DNA of 64,000 nt. It comes from Naegleria gruberi (Eukaryota). This document shows positions 24,797 to 35,666 of this stretch, in pieces (within the stretch, counting starts at the first letter, position 1; every line of letters starts with the position of its first letter). The stretch lies in the NCBI GenBank assembly GCA_000004985.1, contig GG738883.1. The stretch is one strand, 5' to 3'. The position numbers were made by a program, and so were the translations under genes. Below the pieces are notes generated by a model, which saw only the letters and a list, made by a program, of their open reading frames with translations, was not told the DNA's origin and ran no database searches.

Positions 24797-24937
24797 CTGT
24801 TGATGTGAAAATTGCTGCTGTTTTTTTTTTGGTAAATCAGAGTTGACTTTCCTAATGTGGAACGGCCCGATTTTCATGCTGTTTTTTACAATGAATTCAC
24901 CCATATAGATAAAAATAATTATCGATTATCAATTGTT

Positions 24938-25907
24938 TTACAAAATATTACAATACCATCGATTATTCAATCCATAATTGTTAAATACTATTTTGTAATC
25001 TTCCTTAATAACCGATTCCAATAACTTTACACTATCCACATGCTTATTTTTACATCTCTCTATTGCTTCATTAAATATCGCATCCACATTAATATCTAAT
25101 TCGGCACTACTTTCAATAATTACACAATTTGTCAATTGGAATTTCTTGACAAGTGAGGTGAGTTCCTTTTTGTGTTGTGAAATAATTTCATTCCTTTCTG
25201 AATCTTTCAATAAATCCATCATTGTTAGAGCAATTACAAATGACATCTCATTAATTGGTAAATCATGAAATCTATTGGAAAGTTTTTCAATTATATTCGA
25301 AACTATTTTCAAAGAGCTGAAAGAAGAGCTCAATGGACACGCAATGACAAACGAATCTTGACGATTAATATGAAAATCTGCAACAAGTGGATCATCTGAA
25401 AATTGCTTGAAATATTCGAAAGTTAGAGAAACCTACAATCATAAATGCGGACCTCCTCTCCAGTAATGCTAAGTATAAGCCTAACCTGTACAGCATCATC
25501 TCTAGCAGAATCAAACGAAACATAACGATTTACCAGAGATGTTTTACCTTAATTTCGAATAAGAATTTAACAATTGAATTAAACTAACCTAATCCACCCA
25601 TAAGCATTACGTTCACGCTGCGTTTCGTTTTAACTACTGTCTTATTTCGAATTTGAATAAATGTTAATACCATTCGTTTCAGTTCATAGCTATCCGAAAG
25701 TTCACATTTCAAGTTTCGTCTCTCAATCAAATCTTCCAATAAAACATCCGAACATTCCATTAATAAAACGTGCCACCAAAATTCACAACAAAATTCATTA
25801 AATTCTTTTGAAATATTCAAACTCTTGGAAATTGATTGAAAATTATGAATACACTCAATTTGTGATTTAATTTTCCAATCTCTCCGATAATTCTTAAAAT
25901 CCAACAA
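24938..25907 (-). CDS. divergent Ras-superfamily small GTPase with 100-aa N-terminal extension; complement(join(24938..25432,25486..25547,25589..25907))
   Basis: Two micro-introns of 41 and 53 nt (donors GTTAGT and GTTAGG; acceptors AAG| and TAG|). Removing them gives the P-loop MLMGGLGGKTSLVNRYV. Exon 3 aligns to the Ras G4/G5 region (FVIALTMMDL; ESSAELDINVDAIFNEAIE). No DxxGQ G3 motif is recognisable. Confidence 0.5.
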
Positions 25908-26019
25908 AATAATATACGAAAGAATTTGTTGGAGAATTTCTGATGGAAGCGAACAAAATGGTGATTGATCTTGTGGTATTTTTTTTAAAGTGTTTAGTTT
26001 AGTTTACAATAGAATAGTT

Positions 26020-29000
26020 TCAAAAGTTTGGTAAAGTCAATCCCCAAACCACTGGAACCAACACACTAATCAAAATCCAATAAATGATCGTTAAGGGAAG
26101 ACCTACTTTAAAAAAGTCCAAAAATTTGTAATTTCCAACTCCCATCACCAACATATTCCCCGAAAATCCCAAAGGAAATGCAAAAACTGATTGAGATGCA
26201 TAAATTACACACATTACAAAACATCGAGCATTTAATCCATAGGATTGAGCTATGGACACAGCAATCGGAATGCAAATTGCAACAACAGCACTTCCAGTAA
26301 TAATGTGTGCAATGATGAGAGTGATGAAAGTTATGAATGCTGGAAGTAAAATGATTGGAACATTTGCCATTTTCAAAACTTGTGTGATTCCTTGTCCTAT
26401 TCCACTTTGAGTGATGGCAGTTCCAATGCCAATGGATGATCCAACCAATATTACTAGTCCCCAATCAACACTTTCTAATGCATCTGTTGGAGAAATCAAT
26501 CCAAACAAAATGATAACACAAAAAGTGACTAAACTACACTGAACCATTGGATAACCATATATGGCGCAACCAATCATGGCTGCAAAGAATAGGAAAATCC
26601 AATTTTCCCACCACCATAATCGAAATACCTTCTTAGTGAATGGAATTCTGAATTGGAATGGTCTTTGAATAAATTGATTGTCCGTAGGAGAAACTTCTGA
26701 AAATCTGGAAATCATGTAAAATTCTCGAGTGGAATTATGATGATTGGTGTAGAATCTGGGTTTTCCAATGACCAAAATGGTGTCTCCTGTGTTGACTTGG
26801 AAAGTTCTCAGATCGTTTTCAGCAGTTTCAGATTCCTTTTCCTCATAAAACATGTTTCGAATAGCTAGTACTGTAACTTGATATCTTAATTCGAAAATTT
26901 GATAAGTTTCACCAACACAAGGATTGGAATTGCCAATCACAACTTCAAAATATTCTAATTGACTTGTTTCTTCTACTACTGTCTCTTTGGATGTTTCTGC
27001 TTTGGAGCTTTCATTCTTCTTTGGATGATTTCTCTTCAGATTCGAATATAATTTTGTAATGATATCATTCTGATCACTTCCTCCACCAGATGAGATTGTA
27101 CTATTCTCATTTGAATCTTGACTTATTAAGGAAAGTTGTGAACCTCTCATTTGGGTAAACTCTTGAATTGATGGATTGATTGTTGACAATCGATATTCAT
27201 ATGGTTTAAGACTAACCTCCTTATACTCCTCAATCTCAAATACCATTGATTGGAGTTTCAAGATGGATTTGGGATTTCCTTTGAACATTAGAATATCATC
27301 CTTTTCAATGACAAGATCTTTTGGAACTGGTTTGATTCGTATGGTTTCTTCGGATGTGTCAGTTTCGATTTTTGCCATGTCTATTTCTATGGAAATAGTT
27401 TCTGCATTTGCAGGAGAGGTATTTTGAATAGATTCCATTTTCTTTTGAGTTTTGGTTTCCTCTACTTTCTTTTCACATTTTCTAATAACTTCCACAATTT
27501 CAATATTATCCAATTCTAAAACTTTCAGAATTTTTTCTTCATTTCTCCCCAACATGTTCATAAACAACATATAAGGTTTCGTATGATGCTTCTGAGATGA
27601 TAATTGATTCATTCTCACCACTGCAATAAACTCTTCCATTCTCTCTTTCGTCTTGTTTCTTAGTTTCTTTATCTTTTTAGCAAAATTCACATTAATTCTC
27701 TTCAACTTTTTGGATTCTCCCCTAATCTCATCTGGAACAATCCACAAACCATAGGTAATGAGATAGACAATCGTCACAACACACAAAATTCCTCCAACAT
27801 AAACAAACTCGTAAAATTCTAAAGCTCTATAACCATAACTGGTATACAATTCATTGGCCACAATATTAGGAGAATTTCCAATCGATGTCAAAAATCCACT
27901 TCCAGAAATAATGAAAGAAAGTGTCATTAAAAACTTTGAAGGTGAGACCTTATGTTGTCTAGCCCATTCCATTACAATTGGTAAACCTAAAACAACCACT
28001 GGTGTGTTGATTACAAAAGCACTTATCAAGGAAAACACCAAACAAATCCTCAATGTTGGAACTAGTAAGGATAAGTGTTGTAAAACCTTACTCTTTTCCA
28101 TGTTTTTGAATTTGATTGGAGAACCAAATAAGAGTTTTGAAAATTTCAAAACGAGTGAATTCTGAGTGACAGCTTTCACAATGGGAAATAGTAATGCAAT
28201 CACGAGTGTTCCACTACTTGCAAATCCACTGAGTGTCTGATCGAGAGTGAGAATTCCTGACAGATTGAAAATGACAATGGTAAAGAGAATAACGACATAG
28301 GGACGCCAAACTGTCAAGACCAAAAGTGTGAGCATGAGTAGGAGGAAAGCAACGACAACCCATAATTTCCATGAATTCCAAGCGAATGGTATTATTGGAG
28401 AAGAGGAAGAGCAAATGTTTGTAATTGGCTCTGATGTTTTGACATCTGAAATTAAAAGGGAAGAATTCAATAGTTTCAATGTTGAATAGGTATAATTGGA
28501 TTGTTTGATTTGGTTGAGCAATTGATTTGTATAATAATCCAAAGTGAATGTCTGGTTTAATACCACCAAATATGGCAATTCCATTCTAAGATGAGTAATA
28601 TTCAGCTGCAATGTGAACCACTGCATGTAATACTTATTCTTGTACAATTCTGAGATTTCAATGCTATCACTGACAAGAGAAACTTGATTTCCATTCAAAT
28701 TAAAAAACATTTTCTCATAATTCAAATCCAATCCATCATCGTTTCTCTTAGCTCTGTAATCGAAGAAATCCGAAGAAGGTAACAACAATTGTTTGGAGGT
28801 ATTACTATTCAAAATATTATTGTGAATTAATCGGAAATGTGAAAAAGTGAGTGTGGTGTTCAGGTTGGAAGAATTCATCACTTGTGAATCGGCTACTTTT
28901 GGGTAAATAATTTCCCATGCCAAAGTATTCTTTGTAGATGAAAACGATAGTGTTACAAAGCCAACTTTCTGTGTACTGTTTACATATTGATGCCTATCAT

Positions 29001-29259
29001 CACTCCACACCAGTTGATTTTTGGTAAATTGAGTTGAGAATTGGAACGCATTTAACTGTTCATTGATGAGCAGCGTTAAAATCAGCACAATGAGAAGTGA
29101 TGATGAACTCTCGAAAGTGAAAGAATGCGATCCTATCGATTTCATTCCTTTGCAAATCTTGTTGTTTTTTTCATCAGATAAAAACCCTATTAACATGGAC
29201 AATATTCGAAAATATACATTGTGTGGGTTTCCAATAAGAGGTGCAATCACTGATTCCAC
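26020..29259 (-). CDS. SLC13/DASS (ArsB-NhaD superfamily) anion permease with two internal TrkA-C-like domains and a large N-terminal ectodomain
   Basis: 1079-aa ORF. An N-terminal 330 aa with N-glycosylation-like sites precedes the first TM block. The central cytosolic region has two TrkA-C/RCK-C-like segments (IKPVPKDLVIEKDDILMFKGNPKS; FQVNTGDTILVIGKPRF). The C-terminal TM block has the ArsB/DASS pattern (GIGTAITQSGIGQGITQVLK...). Confidence 0.65.
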   Translation of the reverse strand: MESVIAPLIGNPHNVYFRILSMLIGFLSDEKNNKICKGMKSIGSHSFTFESSSSLLIVLILTLLINEQLNAFQFSTQFTKNQLVWSDDRHQYVNSTQKVGFVTLSFSSTKNTLAWEIIYPKVADSQVMNSSNLNTTLTFSHFRLIHNNILNSNTSKQLLLPSSDFFDYRAKRNDDGLDLNYEKMFFNLNGNQVSLVSDSIEISELYKNKYYMQWFTLQLNITHLRMELPYLVVLNQTFTLDYYTNQLLNQIKQSNYTYSTLKLLNSSLLISDVKTSEPITNICSSSSPIIPFAWNSWKLWVVVAFLLLMLTLLVLTVWRPYVVILFTIVIFNLSGILTLDQTLSGFASSGTLVIALLFPIVKAVTQNSLVLKFSKLLFGSPIKFKNMEKSKVLQHLSLLVPTLRICLVFSLISAFVINTPVVVLGLPIVMEWARQHKVSPSKFLMTLSFIISGSGFLTSIGNSPNIVANELYTSYGYRALEFYEFVYVGGILCVVTIVYLITYGLWIVPDEIRGESKKLKRINVNFAKKIKKLRNKTKERMEEFIAVVRMNQLSSQKHHTKPYMLFMNMLGRNEEKILKVLELDNIEIVEVIRKCEKKVEETKTQKKMESIQNTSPANAETISIEIDMAKIETDTSEETIRIKPVPKDLVIEKDDILMFKGNPKSILKLQSMVFEIEEYKEVSLKPYEYRLSTINPSIQEFTQMRGSQLSLISQDSNENSTISSGGGSDQNDIITKLYSNLKRNHPKKNESSKAETSKETVVEETSQLEYFEVVIGNSNPCVGETYQIFELRYQVTVLAIRNMFYEEKESETAENDLRTFQVNTGDTILVIGKPRFYTNHHNSTREFYMISRFSEVSPTDNQFIQRPFQFRIPFTKKVFRLWWWENWIFLFFAAMIGCAIYGYPMVQCSLVTFCVIILFGLISPTDALESVDWGLVILVGSSIGIGTAITQSGIGQGITQVLKMANVPIILLPAFITFITLIIAHIITGSAVVAICIPIAVSIAQSYGLNARCFVMCVIYASQSVFAFPLGFSGNMLVMGVGNYKFLDFFKVGLPLTIIYWILISVLVPVVWGLTLPNF

Positions 29260-30242
29260 TGTCTACACAGACTGGAAAATATCATCATATTTGAGACAGT
29301 TTACGAAATGACCCCTTCAATATTGTGAATGATTTAAACGATACTTCCCGTTTAGGATGGTGTGAAAATATCTGACCCTTTTCCCCAACATTACTTGTCA
29401 CCACACGCTCGATTTTGTTTGTACTTGCCTTCAAAAGTGCACTACTGCAAGTATAGACATGCAACTACTGACCTCGTAACAAGGATTATTTTGTTGTGTT
29501 TGTTTCCAATAACCTGCTATGGAAGAATTGGCTGCCAATTCCAAATTCACAATAGTAGTAATCGTATCTATAAACCAAACATCCTCCTAACAGTCCTTAT
29601 CAATTAAGTCAACAAGGAATAATTCATTTATAATAATATAAAATTATTTTGTAAATTGTTGTAGTTGTGTATCATAAGAACGTTCAATTATAATTTTAAG
29701 GAAATCCTTTTTGAGGAAATATTATTAAAATAACAATTGAAGTACTAACGAGGGTGTATTGAAATTAAAGTATTTCTCATTCCGATAAGAACAACATAGT
29801 GTTCTTCAAAAGCCTTGTTGGTTCATAAGGAAACCAATCCGATTCCATAGACATACACTCTTATAATCTACATCATTAAATACATGTATGTAATTTTCCA
29901 ACAATTTTTAAAAGAACCTATGAGAATCTGAATAGATTCGTTATTGTCGTAATAAAAGAATTAAAAATTCATAAAAAATTAATTGTTATTAAATTATAAA
30001 TTGAATTGGATAAATGTTGCAAGAAGAAGTAGAAAGGGAAGAAATATCTCAATTCCTTCCTTTTGCAAAGAAATAAATGTTTTACATTTTTTTTATCGTC
30101 ATTGTAAAGTCGTGAATCTCAGATAATAATCCAATCAAAACAGAATTGATATATTAATGAAACTGTTCACCATTTATTGTTCAAATAGAGAAATTGAGGA
30201 TATGTCATACTTCAATGTTTTTATTATGACAGATTAAAAAAA

Positions 30243-30668
30243 ATGTCATTAAAATTCGAATTCAATGCTTCAGGAAGGAGACGTTTTGCTTACTACAATA
30301 GTGGTAAAGCCTGCTTCTACAAGGACAACATTCTTCTGTGGGAATTCAACTGGTATAATGATTATACTCATATGAATCTATTCGAAAGAAATGGAGAAAT
30401 ATTTCTCTTTTCTTATAGAGTTGGTCTTTTACAAGCTTTTGGAGTGATCGACAAATTGACTGATGCAAGCAATATCGAATTAAAAAGACATGGAAACTGG
30501 GCTAAAGATTGGTCACAATTCGAAATTCTCTCCAAATTCGAAACCTTTCATGGTCCAATATTGAAATCAACCAAATACGTCGGTGGCACCAAGATCACAG
30601 CCTACGACCTAATCGACACAACCACAGGTGAACTAACTTCCATCAAACGTATCGAAGAATACATGTAA
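30243..30668 (+). CDS. hypothetical 141-aa protein
   Basis: Isolated ORF with sensible codon usage. No motif assigned. Confidence 0.3.
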   Translation: MSLKFEFNASGRRRFAYYNSGKACFYKDNILLWEFNWYNDYTHMNLFERNGEIFLFSYRVGLLQAFGVIDKLTDASNIELKRHGNWAKDWSQFEILSKFETFHGPILKSTKYVGGTKITAYDLIDTTTGELTSIKRIEEYM

Positions 30669-30675
30669 AGTTTTT

Positions 30676-32445
30676 TTAATTCAATTCTTGTTTTTTAAAT
30701 TTCATTCTCAGCTTGGGAATGTTAACACAACTGGCAATATCTAGAATGAAGGCAATGAGTAAAATGACACCAGATATGGTCATACTGACAATTAAACCAG
30801 TTTCATCGTATTCTTTCAACTTGGGAGAAGAATCGAATATTTCACAATTGGATCCAACCCACGAACCGAAACATGAACATTTTTCTGGTCCAACACATTT
30901 ACCTCTTCCCAAACAAACTTGACTTGAATTTGATAGAAAACCATTACAAGTTGTCAATTGGCAAACTATTCCAAAATATCCTTCACTGCAATTACAAGAA
31001 TTTAAAGTTTGACATTTGCCATTTCCACTGCAGACGAAACTTGAATTGAGTGATGAGATATTTTCACATGTTGGAATGCTGCAGTCAATTCCAAGGTATC
31101 CAGTTTCGCATTGACATTGATTGGGACCTATACAGTTACCATATGAACTGCAATTGTGAACTAGCCCACAATCAGGTGTTTCGCATAGTTGACCTTTCCA
31201 ACCAGAGTTACATTGACAAGTTTCGGTTGCAATACACTTTCCATTTCCACTACAAACTGATGAATTCGTGTATAGTGTACCATTACAGAAAATTGAAAGT
31301 GAGAGCTTTCGAATTCGATTATTACTCGAATCTGCAAAGTAAATTTCATCATTTTTCTTATCGTAAACTATTCCAGTTGGAAAGCTCAATAACGCCTGGG
31401 TTGCAATCTTGAAATCTCCATTAAAATTTAAAGTTCCCCAATTGACATTAATGGCGCCCATTCCAGCAATTGTTGAAATTGTTCCATTCGCTTGAATTTT
31501 TCTAATTCTTCCATTATACGAATCTGAAATAAACAAATCGCCACTTGGTGAAGTTGCCATAAAGTGAGGATTATTCAACTTTGCATTGATAGCTAGCCCT
31601 CCATCTCCACTCAATCCTCCATTCTTAATTACCATTCCAACTGGACCAATTCCACCTAAAGTTGTCAAAGTTCCATTTTCTAAACTAATTGACCGAATCT
31701 TGTTTGTGTAAATTTCAGCAATTCCTAAACTACCATCAACGAGACGAATAACACTACCAGGGCCACAAACTCTTGAATTCAATGCGATTGATCCATCTGC
31801 AGCAGAACCTTCAAGTCCATTACCATATATAGTAGTGATGGTGCCATTGGTTAGAATTTTTCTAATTCTATGATTCCACATATCACTAATGATGAGCTCT
31901 CCATTGGAAAGAGGAAGAATTCCAAGTGGCCAAGCTAACAAACTGTCAACTGCCAAAATATTGTCAGAATTAAAATTTAAACCTGGTGCTGTATTTGTTG
32001 CTCCCGTTCCAGCAATGGTCGAAACATTACCACTCTCTTTCCACATTTTCCTAATTCTATTATTGAAAGTATCAGAAATTATTAAATTCCCATCCGTTGG
32101 ATCAATTTTCACATCTTCAGGTTGACGAAACATGACTTGCATCGCATCCATCGAAAAATCTCCATTAAATCCTCTCACACCACTTCCTGCAATTGTTCTA
32201 ATCTTGTGACTTGTTAAATTCATCACACGAATTCTATCATTATAAGTGTCGGCAATGTACAACAATTCTCCATGAATTTCAAGACCGTATGGTTTGTTGA
32301 GAAAAACTTGGGTTGCTGGGATATTGTCTCCAATAATGTCAGAGCCACCACCTGCCACTGTTGTGATTGCGTATTGTTGTGGGAGGGCGAATTGGATTAG
32401 TGACATGCCAAATAATGACAAAATAAAAAGAATGGTAATTCTCAT
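30676..32445 (-). CDS. type I membrane protein with NHL-repeat beta-propeller and EGF-like repeats
   Basis: Signal peptide, then at least 6 NHL repeats (YIADTYNDRIRVMNL..., ISDTFNNRIRKMW..., ISDSYNGRIRKIQ..., FADSSNNRIRKLSL). Then four Cys-rich EGF-like modules (CSGNGKCIATETCQCNSGWKGQLCE...), a TM helix (VILLIAFILDIASCV) and a short basic tail. Confidence 0.75.
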   Translation of the reverse strand: MRITILFILSLFGMSLIQFALPQQYAITTVAGGGSDIIGDNIPATQVFLNKPYGLEIHGELLYIADTYNDRIRVMNLTSHKIRTIAGSGVRGFNGDFSMDAMQVMFRQPEDVKIDPTDGNLIISDTFNNRIRKMWKESGNVSTIAGTGATNTAPGLNFNSDNILAVDSLLAWPLGILPLSNGELIISDMWNHRIRKILTNGTITTIYGNGLEGSAADGSIALNSRVCGPGSVIRLVDGSLGIAEIYTNKIRSISLENGTLTTLGGIGPVGMVIKNGGLSGDGGLAINAKLNNPHFMATSPSGDLFISDSYNGRIRKIQANGTISTIAGMGAINVNWGTLNFNGDFKIATQALLSFPTGIVYDKKNDEIYFADSSNNRIRKLSLSIFCNGTLYTNSSVCSGNGKCIATETCQCNSGWKGQLCETPDCGLVHNCSSYGNCIGPNQCQCETGYLGIDCSIPTCENISSLNSSFVCSGNGKCQTLNSCNCSEGYFGIVCQLTTCNGFLSNSSQVCLGRGKCVGPEKCSCFGSWVGSNCEIFDSSPKLKEYDETGLIVSMTISGVILLIAFILDIASCVNIPKLRMKFKKQELN

Positions 32446-32521
32446 TATTTTTTTGAGGAAGTTGGCATGAGAATGATGGTTGTCGAATGTTTTGATCTCT
32501 TACTTTAATTTTTGAGTTAAT

Positions 32522-35500
32522 TTGAAATTAACTTCTCATTTAGAAATCAACGTGATTTCAATCAATTCCCAATGGCTTGGATCAACTTGTCAACAGTTAC
32601 TTGTCAAAAAAATGGAACGTGATGAGAATGCGATTTTGTTGCATGATGTTAAACCAAAAGATGATTCTTCCTCAGTTGAAATCACACCTGAAAACACCTC
32701 CTCCAACCAACCATTACCAAATGATGAAAAGAAACCTAGACGAAACTTGGGAGTTTCTTTCAGTGGTGGTGGAATTCGCTCAGCAAGTTTTATGGTTGGC
32801 GTGATTGAAGCTTTAGTTTTTAGCGAAGGTGAATTAATGACAAATGTAAAAGAATTCTCAAGTGTGAGTGGAGGTGGCTATGCTTCGTCTAGTTTCTACT
32901 CTTATTTGATCGCTCAATTAACTCAACCAGAGCAACCTAACAATCCATTCGAAACAGCATTCAAGCAAATGAAAGAAACCTTTGAAAGAAATTCCAATTA
33001 TTTAGTTTCTGGAATAGCTGCCTTGCGAACTGCTTGTTTCTTTCTTGTTGGTGCTTTACATAATTTTTTATTGTGGTTTTGTTTGTGCATCTTGCTTGGA
33101 AATTTCTTATTTGCAGGTGTTGTTTATAATGTCAATGACAATGCCACTGGTCAGATGACAAGTTATTTGAGCCACGTTCCTTTAATTAGTAATGGGACTA
33201 TTTCTGTGAGTGAAAAGACAGATAAGGCACAGTATTTCATATTATCATTCTTGCAATTTACGAGTATTGCTAATGATATAGTTCAGGGAAAGTATACTTC
33301 TTTTGGATGGTCAGTTTTTCCAAGAGAGTTAGTCATTACTGTATTTTCCATTCTAATGGTATTGGTTTTGGTTCTTATTACTTGGGTTGTTAAAGTGAGA
33401 TATGTCAATCATTACAATAATGGTTTCTTTGATTGTTTGATGGATGGTTTTAACTCTTTCTTGCAATGTTTTAATTTCATTTTGAAATATGAATCAGTTA
33501 AAAGGATATGGGGAGGTTTTAAAATTGTGTTCATATATTTTCCAGCTGCAATTATAGGAGTAGGCGGATTATTGATTTTACCTTTGTTAGCATTGAGTTT
33601 CTTGCTTTCCATTTTTGTAGAATGTTTAAAGTTTACAATGTTTGTAGAAGGATTGATTTTAGTATCTTGGGGAGAATCCTCCTTCTTAGCTTCGCACCAC
33701 ATCTTTAATTCTTTGTATTTGGTGGGATGGATAGTTATGGCTATTATCTTTGGTTTCATCTTTGCTACAGGAAAGAATATTTTCAAATTGGGCGAAACTG
33801 TTGCAATGGGTTTATCTGGCTTCTTTCTAATCGTTTGTACTCCAATTATGTTGTTGTGGATTGCAAGTCACTTTTGTCTGTGGCAAATATTTGGTGATTA
33901 CGGAGAGTTTACAATGATACCAACAATCAACAATTCAGAAGCTGAGCTAGTATGTTTGAAAACTTTTGCATCGATTTGGGTTGCCATTGAGCTATTCATG
34001 TCCGAGTATTTGAATTCTGCATTCAGAGAGCTCTACAATTCTGGTTTGAAAAACTTTCTTCATTCGAATATTTGTGTAAGCAAAGCAGGAGAAAGACAAG
34101 ACCTACCAATTTTCACATTTAATTGTTGTGTTAATAATTTGGCTGAGAAAGAAGGTAGCTGTGGTCACTATAGCTTCTCTTCTACAGGAAAATGCCGTTC
34201 CATTACTCATAATTTACCCAAGCTTGACACTTCTAATCTTTCCCTGTCAACTGTTGTTTCCATTTCAGGAGCTGCTGTTTCCTTAATGCTTGGTGAGGCT
34301 CTTAATATTCCTCTTGTTTCTCAATTCGTTGCATTTGTTCTATATATTTTAGGTATAAATATTGGAGAGTGGGTTGATTTGGGAAATTACAAAACGAAAA
34401 CAATTGACAAATTTTTCAAATGGTTTTTGTTAGTTTGTGTCTTTTTGACTAATTTGAACGTTTTTGAAGGAATTTATAGTAGTGGTTTAATTTACGGTTC
34501 ATGGTTGTATAGAATAATTGTTATTGGTGTAATTATGTATTCTTTTGGATTGCAAATTATTATAGGGCTAGTTTTGAGATTGGTGAATATTGGACGAAAT
34601 CCTGAATACTCTTTATATCAAATATTCTTCAACATTTTTAGCCTGCATTACATCCCACTCTTTAGAGCATTATTGATGATAGTGGGATATCCAGATAATG
34701 TCACATCAAAGACTTATTTCCTCTCAGATGGAGGACATTACGAAAATCTAGGATTACTGAACTTGCTCTACAATATGAGAAGTGAAATATTCGCATTCGA
34801 TGCAACTGAAGATAGTAAATTGTCTCTTTCAGAATTGAGTAGTTGCTTGGAGAAGGCCATTAGATTCAATATCATTAAGGAGGATTCTATTAAATGTTAT
34901 CCGAGCAAGAGTCGTGCAAATAATAATGATTACAAGTATTCAGTGGATGATCTTATGAGGATTGACTTATGGGAAACTAGAGCTCATCAAGATGAGGGTG
35001 CCCTTATCAAATTATCCAGAAGTAACTTTCTGTACATTGAATTTGAATACACTGAAACACATGTGAAAAATTCGAATCCACAACCAAAACAACAACCAAA
35101 ACAAGAAAAACAAACATCCACCAATACTACACAACAAGCACAACAGCCAACACCTTCCTCTGCTTCAAATACTAATAATACCAATTGCACATCATCAATA
35201 GAGAATGCTTCTCCAACCACAGATATTACTTCCAAATCATCACCAAAAGAACAAACACAACCTGAATCAACCAATAATATATCCGAATCCACAGCAGCCA
35301 ATGACCCACCACAACAAGAAACTGAATCAAGAAAAGGCTGTCTTTGGTATGGAAAAGCAACCTTAACAGGAGAAGAAGATGACCGAATTAAATTCTATCA
35401 ATCCAACAATAATGTCTTTCCTCATCACAGCACCCTATTCCAATTATTTTCCAAAGAGGACTTTTCAGCTTATAGATTATTAGGAAAGCATGTTGCCTCA

Positions 35501-35536
35501 TGTATTACCAATGATTATTTAGCTAATCAAAATTAG
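32522..35536 (+). CDS. cPLA2/PLB-type phospholipase (PLA2_B fold) interrupted by a large polytopic membrane region; Q/T/N-rich C-terminal tail
   Basis: Oxyanion/Arg motif VSFSGGGIRSASFMVGVIEAL (compare cPLA2 SGGGFRAM). Nucleophile motif SSVSGGGYASS (compare GLSGS / fungal PLB LSGGSW). Catalytic Asp motif FLSDGGHYENLGLLNL near residue 750. Between the Ser and Asp motifs lie about 600 aa with at least 10 hydrophobic helices. The true start may be the internal Met MERDENAILL. Confidence 0.65.
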   Translation: MKLTSHLEINVISINSQWLGSTCQQLLVKKMERDENAILLHDVKPKDDSSSVEITPENTSSNQPLPNDEKKPRRNLGVSFSGGGIRSASFMVGVIEALVFSEGELMTNVKEFSSVSGGGYASSSFYSYLIAQLTQPEQPNNPFETAFKQMKETFERNSNYLVSGIAALRTACFFLVGALHNFLLWFCLCILLGNFLFAGVVYNVNDNATGQMTSYLSHVPLISNGTISVSEKTDKAQYFILSFLQFTSIANDIVQGKYTSFGWSVFPRELVITVFSILMVLVLVLITWVVKVRYVNHYNNGFFDCLMDGFNSFLQCFNFILKYESVKRIWGGFKIVFIYFPAAIIGVGGLLILPLLALSFLLSIFVECLKFTMFVEGLILVSWGESSFLASHHIFNSLYLVGWIVMAIIFGFIFATGKNIFKLGETVAMGLSGFFLIVCTPIMLLWIASHFCLWQIFGDYGEFTMIPTINNSEAELVCLKTFASIWVAIELFMSEYLNSAFRELYNSGLKNFLHSNICVSKAGERQDLPIFTFNCCVNNLAEKEGSCGHYSFSSTGKCRSITHNLPKLDTSNLSLSTVVSISGAAVSLMLGEALNIPLVSQFVAFVLYILGINIGEWVDLGNYKTKTIDKFFKWFLLVCVFLTNLNVFEGIYSSGLIYGSWLYRIIVIGVIMYSFGLQIIIGLVLRLVNIGRNPEYSLYQIFFNIFSLHYIPLFRALLMIVGYPDNVTSKTYFLSDGGHYENLGLLNLLYNMRSEIFAFDATEDSKLSLSELSSCLEKAIRFNIIKEDSIKCYPSKSRANNNDYKYSVDDLMRIDLWETRAHQDEGALIKLSRSNFLYIEFEYTETHVKNSNPQPKQQPKQEKQTSTNTTQQAQQPTPSSASNTNNTNCTSSIENASPTTDITSKSSPKEQTQPESTNNISESTAANDPPQQETESRKGCLWYGKATLTGEEDDRIKFYQSNNNVFPHHSTLFQLFSKEDFSAYRLLGKHVASCITNDYLANQN

Positions 35537-35666
35537 TTCTCAATAGTTTTTCTTCAAATAATAATAAAAAGATAATAATCAAATTTTTCTAACTAATTGA
35601 TTGGTTCCATCAAGATCTTCTTTTCTATTTCAATGATAAATATCAGATGAAATGCAAAATTTGATA

